From a virus, in UHGV virus genome UHGV-0384350: 43,609 nt of DNA; one strand, given 5' to 3'. The translations under genes and the position numbers were made by a program. Position 1 is the first letter of the stretch; each line of letters opens with the position of its first letter. Below are positions 36,765-43,609 of the stretch, piece by piece. Below the pieces are notes generated by a model, which worked only from the letters and a program-made list of their open reading frames with translations, was not told the DNA's origin and did no database searches.

Positions 36765-37909
36765 TTGATTTTAAAGGATATACCCAAAAGGCAATACAGA
36801 CGCAGTTGTTAGGACGGGTATCTGATAAGATCGACAGGCGTCAGGGAAGTATCATCCAGACTGCGCTTGGACCGGTTGCCTGGTATCTGGAAGGCTTGTA
36901 TATGCTGTTGTCACAGGTACAGGAAAATGCTTATGCAGGTACCGCAGTAGGGGAGTATCTGGATTATGTCTGTGCGGAACGCAACATAGTCCGGAAAGCG
37001 CCTACTCCGGCGGTACGGCAGGGGACATTCAACGTGGAGATTCCCGAAGGATCCCTGTTTAAGACCATCAACGGGGCAGCATCTGTCATATTTAGGAGCG
37101 GTGGACTGATAAGCAGCGAAAAAGACCGGTATGTGTATGAAATGACCTGTTCAGTACCGGGAACCATAGGAAATTCTTATACCGGCAATATGCTTCCCAT
37201 TACGGCGGTTTCCGGCCTTACAAGTGCAGAGCTTGGGGAAATTAAAACTCCGGGGTCAGATGAGGAAAACGATGATTCCCTGCGGGCACGGTTTTTCGAG
37301 AGTTTCGATGTGGCTTCCTTTGGCGGAAATATAGCTGCTTACAGAAACACAATCCTTGCCATTGAAGGAGTAGGAGCTGTACAGGTATATCCTGCATGGA
37401 AGGGCGGGGGAACGGTGCTGTGCAGCATTCTGGACAGTGAATTAACACCGGCAGAGAGCGGACTTGTTGCACAGGTGCAAAAAGCAATCTGTCCTCCGGA
37501 GCAGGGCGGATCTGAACCTTCAGGAAATGGTTACGGCATGGCGCCCATTGGAGCAGCAGTGACGATCACAACAGCGACGAATCTGACCCTTAACATATCC
37601 GTATCAATTCAGCTGGCGGCTACGGTAAGGATTGGAGCAGAAGCCTACCAGGAACAGATTGAGCAGAAAATACAGGCGTATTTATTATCTGTGTGCAGAA
37701 CCTGGGGAAATGCGATTAAGGGACAGAAGATCGAATATGTGGTAGCCGTGTATGCATCCAGAATTGTGGCAGCTATCTTGGAAGTCCCGGATATTGTCAA
37801 TGTTACGGATGTTTTAATCAATGGATCTTCAGGAGATCTGACATTAACAGAGACCGCACAATTGCAGCAGATTCCTTCTCTTGGGGAGGTGACAGTTCGT
37901 GAAAATTGA
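36761..37909 (+). CDS. Baseplate J-like protein (XkdT-like)
   Basis: It is 382 aa and follows the gp25-like gene. Confidence 0.65.
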   Translation: MIDFKGYTQKAIQTQLLGRVSDKIDRRQGSIIQTALGPVAWYLEGLYMLLSQVQENAYAGTAVGEYLDYVCAERNIVRKAPTPAVRQGTFNVEIPEGSLFKTINGAASVIFRSGGLISSEKDRYVYEMTCSVPGTIGNSYTGNMLPITAVSGLTSAELGEIKTPGSDEENDDSLRARFFESFDVASFGGNIAAYRNTILAIEGVGAVQVYPAWKGGGTVLCSILDSELTPAESGLVAQVQKAICPPEQGGSEPSGNGYGMAPIGAAVTITTATNLTLNISVSIQLAATVRIGAEAYQEQIEQKIQAYLLSVCRTWGNAIKGQKIEYVVAVYASRIVAAILEVPDIVNVTDVLINGSSGDLTLTETAQLQQIPSLGEVTVREN

Positions 37910-38420
37910 TTTAATGCAGATACTTCCGGAATATTTCCGGGAGATTCTGGAATTTAAGGAGCTTATGAAAACGGATCAGGCTGTGCTTGCAGAGTTGGAG
38001 GCCAATATAGAGCAGATCCGAAAAAATTTTTATATCCAAACAGCAGATGAGTCTACATTGGCACAGAAAGAGGCATTGTTTGATATATTTACATCTCCAG
38101 GTGAAACGGTTGAATATCGCCGTCAGAGATTATTACAGAAATACAACACGATCGTCCCGTTTTCTATCGACTTTTTGAGGGATCAGTTAAAGGAATTGTT
38201 TGGAGAAGATTTTACCCTCAGTGTAGATGCCGTGGCCTGTAAACTGGAGGTTTCGGTTACATCTTCGAGATATGGGGCGGTTGATCTGCTGTATAACCTG
38301 CTCTGGGATGTTATACCGGCGCATATAGAGATACACGCAAATCAGCAGGTTAATAATTATAGTTCCGCAGGACTATATATTGGCGGTGTCATGTCCAGTG
38401 CATTTATGCAGACAATATAG
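37899..38420 (+). CDS. XkdU-like tail protein (DUF2313-like)
   Basis: Assignment is by size and synteny. Confidence 0.55.
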   Translation: MKIDLMQILPEYFREILEFKELMKTDQAVLAELEANIEQIRKNFYIQTADESTLAQKEALFDIFTSPGETVEYRRQRLLQKYNTIVPFSIDFLRDQLKELFGEDFTLSVDAVACKLEVSVTSSRYGAVDLLYNLLWDVIPAHIEIHANQQVNNYSSAGLYIGGVMSSAFMQTI

Positions 38421-38429
38421 GAGGCAATT

Positions 38430-39725
38430 ATGGGAGTATATAAAAAAGCGGTCATCACAGAAGCAGGAGAAGCATTGGCAGCCAGGGCGGTGTCTGGTGA
38501 GGTTACAATACAGTTTTCCCATTCAGGAACATCATCATATGCGTATTCCGAAGGTACAAACTTAAAAAAACTGACAGAACTCCAGGATGTGAAACAGACG
38601 GTGATTCCATCTAACGTGCAAATTGCAAATGATACACTGATCAGTATCCGCTCGATGTTTGATAATAGTGAGATCACACAGGAATATCTGATACAGAATG
38701 TGGGTATCTATGCATCGGATGGGGAAACGGAGATATTATTTGCAGTCTGCCAGGCTGCTACTCCTGATCAGATGCCCGCTTTCAATGGAGTTGCCCCCTC
38801 GTCTTTTATTTATAATGTTCAGATCAGCATAGCTCAGGCGGAGCAGCTGTCTATTTCAATCAGTACAGCAGGTACAGCTACCGTACAGGACGTGCTTGAT
38901 CTGGAGAAAAAAATGGAAGAGAAGAAACTGGATTCTTCCGGAGGAGATGCATCTGATACAGTGGCATCAGTAGAAGAACCAAATTCGGAGGAAGAAAAGT
39001 ATCCAGATATTGGTAGCAAGGGAAGTATGAAAAACATTCTGGGAAATTTATACCGATGGGTTAAGACTTTGAAGGCAGATAAGGTTGATTCCGCAGGCGG
39101 TGACACAGCAGAAACGGTGATTTCGGCGTTTGAAGCATCTTCTGAGAACTTTCCGGTGCCGGCCGTCAAGGAAAAGGCAAAGACCAGATGGGGAAAAGTA
39201 AAGAAGTTTTGCGAAGATTTTAAGGCATGGATGACTGGCGTATGCCTGTTGGGGCATATTGTCAATAACTGTGTCACAAACAACCCTAACCTGCCGCTTT
39301 CGGCGGCTCAGGGTAAGGCCTTGATGGACCTTTATACTGTGCTCAATACCAACACGTCAAAAATTGGTCACACTCATGATGAGAGATACTACACGGAGGA
39401 AGAAATCGAAAACAAGTTATATTGGAAAGCAATAGGCGAAGAAATATCCTTATACCCTGAGTCTGTTAATACCGATGTCTATTATCAGAACGATAAACTT
39501 AAATCTGCGAAAGAACTTCTGATTTATCATAGTAATTTCGGATGTATATACATCCCCAATATCAATCAATATGTAGTACAAACACAGATCCGATCAGAAT
39601 ATTTCTGGGTTACTGTATCTGTATCATTTCAAAAAGACGAAGGCCGAATCGCATATAAAATTATCGCTAAAGGGAGTTCGGAAAATTTTTCATCTAATAG
39701 GATTGTGGGTGTGGCTTATAGATAA
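38430..39725 (+). CDS. Tail fiber protein (XkdV position)
   Basis: It has a collar-like N-terminus and a GHTHDERYY HxH motif typical of fiber proteins. The 3' third is AT-rich. Confidence 0.65.
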   Translation: MGVYKKAVITEAGEALAARAVSGEVTIQFSHSGTSSYAYSEGTNLKKLTELQDVKQTVIPSNVQIANDTLISIRSMFDNSEITQEYLIQNVGIYASDGETEILFAVCQAATPDQMPAFNGVAPSSFIYNVQISIAQAEQLSISISTAGTATVQDVLDLEKKMEEKKLDSSGGDASDTVASVEEPNSEEEKYPDIGSKGSMKNILGNLYRWVKTLKADKVDSAGGDTAETVISAFEASSENFPVPAVKEKAKTRWGKVKKFCEDFKAWMTGVCLLGHIVNNCVTNNPNLPLSAAQGKALMDLYTVLNTNTSKIGHTHDERYYTEEEIENKLYWKAIGEEISLYPESVNTDVYYQNDKLKSAKELLIYHSNFGCIYIPNINQYVVQTQIRSEYFWVTVSVSFQKDEGRIAYKIIAKGSSENFSSNRIVGVAYR

Positions 39726-39776
39726 TAGCAGCTTAAACGGGCATCCCTTTATTTTTTGCTTGTTTTTGATTACATA

Positions 39777-40055
39777 TTATTCAGTGGCTATTATCTTAGT
39801 AGTACTGTCATTTATAAGCAGTTTCAATTTCATATCAGTGTCCAAGTAGAGCACCGCACCACCAGTTTTATGGCAATCTAAAAATATTCCTGGTCTGGAG
39901 GATGGGTTAATATCCGTACGCGCCCGTATAGTGATCGCAGAATTACCTGATCCAGCACCGAAATTACCTGATTCAAGGAACTGCATGGCACTAAAAACAT
40001 TGGATTCATCTTTTTTAGAGGCCTTGGTATTGCGCACATTAAAGCAGTCTACCAT
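39777..40055 (-). CDS. Hypothetical reverse-strand ORF, possibly an alternative fiber-tip segment
   Basis: It is convergent with the fiber gene and AT-rich, and it sits directly next to a truncated tyrosine recombinase. Confidence 0.3.
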   Translation of the reverse strand: MVDCFNVRNTKASKKDESNVFSAMQFLESGNFGAGSGNSAITIRARTDINPSSRPGIFLDCHKTGGAVLYLDTDMKLKLLINDSTTKIIATE

Positions 40056-40108
40056 ATATGCATCCCCCTACCTTAGAATTAAGGTATCAATATAAGGAGG
40101 ATGCGTGT

Positions 40109-40906
40109 ATGGATGAGATCAAATTAAAAGATGATCTGATGGCAAGACTGGCCCGTGAGCTGGAACGGCCTGTTCTGCAGGTGATTGATGGAGCATTATC
40201 GGCAGTGTTGCGGGATTATGATGTTAGTAAGAGGAAAACGGGACTGAGCACAGAGGTGGTAAGCTGGCCGGAATATGATATTTTTATGTCCCGCATGATC
40301 TTCGGTGGCTATTCCAAGAGTACCATTCGGCAGTATGGGACATTTTTAAGAGAGCTGTTGGTTTATGTCGGTAAGCCTGTGCAGGAGATTACAGGGGATG
40401 ATATTGTATCCTGTCTTAATGCCTATGCAGAGGCCCGGCAGATCAGCGGCAGTACCAAGGACCATAAGCGCCTGATCTGTAGCAGCTTTTTCACGTTCCT
40501 GCATGACCGGGGCTATATAGGCCGTAATCCTATGGCTACTATAGACCCGATTAAGTATGTAGCTGAGGTGCGGGAGGCGCTGAACAGTCGGGAAGTGGAG
40601 AAGATGCGGATTGCCTGCGGGGAAAATATCCGGGATAATTTGGTACTGGAATTGTTTTTGGCTACCGGCTGCCGCGTTTCGGAGGTCGTTGGGATGCGGG
40701 TGGAAGAGATTGATCTGGAGAGTGGATCTGTGAAGGTGCTGGGAAAAGGCCAGAAGTTTAGGATATCGTTATCTTTTGGAGAAATGCCTGTAGTTAAAAG
40801 TTCGATATTTCTATCAGCCTCATTTTGCTTGGTATTACACACAATAAAAACGAAAATCCAGGTCCCTTTGGGGCCTTTTATTATACATAAAAATACAAAA
40901 TCATAG
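40109..40906 (+). pseudogene. Truncated tyrosine recombinase (XerC/XerD-like); N-terminal SAM-like domain and first catalytic Arg are present, but the C-terminal H-x-x-R/Y region is missing
   Basis: The conserved region ELFLATGCRVSEVVGMRVEEIDLESGSVKVLGKGQK is followed by unrelated AT-rich sequence and a stop. A full-length enzyme would have about 80-100 more residues. An RBS AGGAGG precedes the ATG at 40109. Confidence 0.55.
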
Positions 40907-40922
40907 AAAGGAAGGATGCCAA

Positions 40923-41210
40923 ATGGAAAAAATCAAAATCCATGATACTGAATATGAAATCATCAGTATTATGCCGGCAGCCACAAACGTGCTGCGGATT
41001 GAATTTGCAGACGCAGTGCCGGAAAAATGGGGAGATATCACCACATATACAGTTGGTGGGATGGAAGCCGGCTGCATCAGTGGATATGACACACTGTATC
41101 GTGCAGATTGTCAGATGATCTACCTGAGTAATGATGGCAGTGTGTATGAGCCGCCAGAAGAGCAGGAGCTGATCAATAGGCCGATGCTGATCGAGGAGGC
41201 GGAAGGATAA
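40923..41210 (+). CDS. Hypothetical protein (XkdW position)
   Basis: It has an RBS AAGGAAGGATG. Confidence 0.3.
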   Translation: MEKIKIHDTEYEIISIMPAATNVLRIEFADAVPEKWGDITTYTVGGMEAGCISGYDTLYRADCQMIYLSNDGSVYEPPEEQELINRPMLIEEAEG

Positions 41211-41500
41211 TGGAATACATACAGACGATCCTTGCGATTTGCGGAGGAATAAGTATTATAGGAGGAGCCGGTGCGGTTATCGTTAAGGTAATCAAGCCGG
41301 CTTTTCATCTGACAGCACGAGTCCAGAAACTGGAAGAGCATTCGGACAAGGATTACAAGCGTCTGGTTGCTCTGGAAAATATGCAGAAACAGCAGTCCAA
41401 GAGTCTTGCAGCTCTGCTCAATCATCAGATCACCGGTAATGGGATAGATACGATGAAGCAGATCCGGGACGAGCTGTTGGAATCTATTATAGACCAGTAG
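41210..41500 (+). CDS. Small membrane protein (XhlA-like position; N-terminal TM plus coiled coil)
   Basis: There is a TM helix at residues about 5-27. It lies next to the holin candidate. Confidence 0.4.
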   Translation: MEYIQTILAICGGISIIGGAGAVIVKVIKPAFHLTARVQKLEEHSDKDYKRLVALENMQKQQSKSLAALLNHQITGNGIDTMKQIRDELLESIIDQ

Positions 41501-41517
41501 AAGGGAGGTGAGGAACT

Positions 41518-41748
41518 ATGCTTAAGAACTGTGTATTTAGGGCTGATGTGGATACCATCCAGTGGGTCAAGGCCGCAGGTATCCGTGCCATTAAGACCAT
41601 GGCGCAGACATTTGTCGCCACCATCGGCTCAGCAGCGGTCATGGGTGAGGTCAACTGGCCTATGGTAGCCAGTGCATCCGCGCTGTCCGGTATCCTGTCG
41701 GTGGCAACATCCATTGCAGGCCTTCCGGAACTGCCAGCCAAGACCTGA
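41518..41748 (+). CDS. Putative holin
   Basis: It is 76 aa with two hydrophobic helices and a charged C-terminus. It has an RBS GGAGGTGAGG and lies in the late/lysis region. Confidence 0.5.
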   Translation: MLKNCVFRADVDTIQWVKAAGIRAIKTMAQTFVATIGSAAVMGEVNWPMVASASALSGILSVATSIAGLPELPAKT

Positions 41749-41838
41749 GAGGAGGTGATCCATAGGTCTCCCGTCCGGCAGGGTCAGAGCCGGAGCAACT
41801 ATTACATATTTTCAACAATGAAAGAGAGGACAAAGATT

Positions 41839-42006
41839 ATGGCAAACGCAACAGGTAAGAATCAGGACAAGAGAACAGCAGAGCAGAGAAAGAACGACGC
41901 AGCACAGAAGGCAAGACCCAAGGGTGCACAGGATACCACTTTTGTAACCACCGGCCCTGCAACCGGCAAGGAGGACGAGAGAGCGGTAGGCACGGAAGAT
42001 AAGTAA
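41839..42006 (+). CDS. Hypothetical small basic protein
   Basis: The start is uncertain (41755, 41818 or 41839). Confidence 0.25.
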   Translation: MANATGKNQDKRTAEQRKNDAAQKARPKGAQDTTFVTTGPATGKEDERAVGTEDK

Positions 42007-42009
42007 GCT

Positions 42010-42024
42010 GTGCGACGTCGCAAC
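42010..42024. repeat. Palindromic motif copy 5: GTGCGACGTCGCAAC, 4 nt after a stop codon and before a terminator
   Basis: It is the exact reverse complement of copy 1 at 4181-4195. Confidence 0.6.
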
Positions 42025-42031
42025 GCAGACA

Positions 42032-42061
42032 GACCCCAGGGAAATCTCTGGGGTCCTTTTT
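42032..42061 (+). terminator. Rho-independent terminator (GACCCCAG-ggaaatct-CTGGGGTC followed by a T-run)
   Basis: It has a perfect 8-bp stem followed by CTTTTT. Confidence 0.75.
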
Positions 42062-42076
42062 AGTTGGAGGTGACCA

Positions 42077-43609
42077 ATGGTTACAGCAGTATTTACAGAT
42101 AACGATGATTACGCCCGCACCTACGGCCTATGGCAGTGGGATTATGGTCAGCAGCTCAGGATAGAGGGACTGCATCTTCCGACGGCGGTAGAAATCCACT
42201 TTGCGCTACAGGAGACTGGCGGCGAGGCCATAACCCGTGTGGGTACCACTAAGGACGGCGTAACAACCGTCACAATCCCGGACAGCATGCTGGAGGGAAA
42301 TCGTGCGACATGGACGGCAGATAAGGCATATAACATCTATGCGTGGGTATACCTGTCGGATAAGTCATCCGGCGAGACGATCAAGCGCATTACCATGCAG
42401 GTCAAATCACGCCCCAAGCCGGAAGCCTTTGAGGCACCGGGAGATGGGGAGATTTTTCACGAGGCGATTGAAGCCGTCAATGACGCTGCCAACCGGGCAG
42501 AAGATGCCGGTGACAAGGCTGTAGTCGCTGCGGATGAGGCCAAGGCAGCAGCCACCCAGACAGCGGAGCATCTGCAAGCTACAGAGGGTCTTGCAGAGCA
42601 GGTGGAGACCAACGCCGACACCGTGGCGCAGGATAAGCAGGCTGTAGCAGGGATGCTCTCTCAGACACAGCAGGCGGCCTCAGATGCGGCGTTATCAGCA
42701 CAGGCAGCCAAGTTATCAGAAACGGCAGCAGGACAGGCCCAGACGGGAGCTGAGGCGGCGGAGGATACAGCCAGACAGTACGCTGAGGAGACAGAGGCGG
42801 ATCGTCAGGCAGTTGCCAATGATAAGCAGGTAGTTAGCCAGATGAGGGAAGCAGTGGCGGCAGACCGTCAGGCGGTAGAGCAGACCGCTGCGCAGTTTGG
42901 ACAGACCTCCCAAGACGCCCTTACAGCCATAGGGCAAGCTCAGAGCACAGCTGTGGGATCTGTTAAGGCCGAGGGGCAAAAACAGACCACAGCGGTACAG
43001 GAGGCAGGTACACAGGCGGTCAGTGAGGTTGCTGAGGCCAAGACTACAGCAGTGCAGGCAGTCACCACAGAGGGCGATAAGCAGACCAAGAGGGTTGAGG
43101 ATGCGGCTGCCGGGATTGTGGCGGATAGGGAGCAGATCAGCCAGAATAAAGCGGATATAGCTACTTTGGCAGAAGAAATGACAGATCTGGCACCGGCAAT
43201 CCATAGCACGGCTTCTGGCTCCGTCATTACCGCCAATGATGCCACAGAAGGCCGTCCGTTCCGGGGGCTGAGGGTGTTTGGGCGGACGGAGCAGGTGAGA
43301 ACAACGGGGGCGCAGCTACTGGACGAATCTAAAGTAGAACAAAATAATTTTAGAGCATTTAAATATATAAATCTCTCAGTTGGAGAAGGAACTTTTACAT
43401 TATCATCAAATATACCAAAAAGTTCTACAGATTCAAGTGCATATATTATGCTGATAAGCGGTAATGTACAAGAAATTTCTTCCGAAAATACTACTGCTAC
43501 TAATGGGGTATATAAAGGACAAAGCAGAACTTTTCCGAGCATAAATGGATATGTGACTATCGCATATAGAAATGATGCAAATGCCAATAATATTATTAAT
43601 TTTAATAAT
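42077..43609 (+). CDS. Large tail fiber-like / structural protein (3' partial; Ala/Gln-rich coiled-coil region, then an AT-rich distal domain); no stop codon before the end of the window
   Basis: It has an RBS GGAGGTGA and an ATG at 42077. It spans 511 codons, exactly to position 43609. The same frame continues without interruption into the ORF at 1-1179. Confidence 0.5.
   Translation, partial: MVTAVFTDNDDYARTYGLWQWDYGQQLRIEGLHLPTAVEIHFALQETGGEAITRVGTTKDGVTTVTIPDSMLEGNRATWTADKAYNIYAWVYLSDKSSGETIKRITMQVKSRPKPEAFEAPGDGEIFHEAIEAVNDAANRAEDAGDKAVVAADEAKAAATQTAEHLQATEGLAEQVETNADTVAQDKQAVAGMLSQTQQAASDAALSAQAAKLSETAAGQAQTGAEAAEDTARQYAEETEADRQAVANDKQVVSQMREAVAADRQAVEQTAAQFGQTSQDALTAIGQAQSTAVGSVKAEGQKQTTAVQEAGTQAVSEVAEAKTTAVQAVTTEGDKQTKRVEDAAAGIVADREQISQNKADIATLAEEMTDLAPAIHSTASGSVITANDATEGRPFRGLRVFGRTEQVRTTGAQLLDESKVEQNNFRAFKYINLSVGEGTFTLSSNIPKSSTDSSAYIMLISGNVQEISSENTTATNGVYKGQSRTFPSINGYVTIAYRNDANANNIINFNN

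Noticed and set aside
42716-43587. Two minus-strand ORFs (162 and 215 aa) at the window end
   Set aside because: They are antisense to the strongly supported Ala/Gln-rich fiber-like ORF. Their Cys/Leu-rich low-complexity products are artefacts of the codon skew.

Overview
The window reads as one nearly complete temperate phage genome, about 43.6 kb, of the Firmicutes PBSX-like contractile-tail (myovirus) type. It appears to be in its non-integrated, circularly closed (attP) configuration rather than integrated into a host chromosome. Two observations support this. First, the ORF that runs off the 3' end of the window (start 42077, no stop by 43609) continues in the same frame, without a stop codon, into the ORF that is open at the 5' end (1..1179). 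Second, an intact attP-like region (2566-2834) lies next to the integrase. It consists of arm-type repeats, a tRNA-Thr-like 3' fragment as the core, and a second copy of the arm-type repeats.

Gene order, taken circularly:
- Lysogeny module: tyrosine integrase (minus strand), a membrane-anchored coiled-coil DUF4041/T5orf172 (GIY-YIG-like) protein, an ImmA metalloprotease, a CI-like repressor, then a divergent Cro-like regulator.
- Excision and recombination: an Xis-like HTH protein, a RecT-like annealing protein plus a PD-(D/E)XK exonuclease, a HerA-like ATPase and a resolvase-like nuclease.
- Replication: a replication initiator containing iteron-like repeats, and a DnaC-like loader.
- A cluster of small Zn-ribbon proteins, an ArpU/RinA-like late regulator and a tRNA-Asn(GUU).
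- An AT-rich two-gene moron (unknown cytoplasmic protein plus multi-TM protein) with its own promoter, operator and terminator.
- Packaging and head: TerS, TerL, portal, MuF-like head morphogenesis protein with a C-terminal extension, scaffold-like protein, major capsid protein and neck proteins.
- A HicAB toxin-antitoxin module on the opposite strand, inside the tail region.
- Tail: sheath, tube, chaperone, tape measure, baseplate proteins (XkdP-to-U order) and a tail fiber.
- Downstream of the fiber: a reverse-strand fiber-tip-like ORF plus a truncated tyrosine recombinase, possibly a decayed fiber-inversion cassette.
- Lysis and end: holin candidates, a ~900-aa mosaic fiber-like protein that wraps the window ends, an XkdX-like protein and an amidase endolysin.

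The most striking non-genic signal is a palindrome centred on TGCGACGTCGCA (perfect 16-mer GTTGCGACGTCGCAAC) that occurs five times. It sits in 5' leaders, between a stop codon and a terminator, and inside coding sequence. No CRISPR array, rRNA, transposase or reverse transcriptase was seen.
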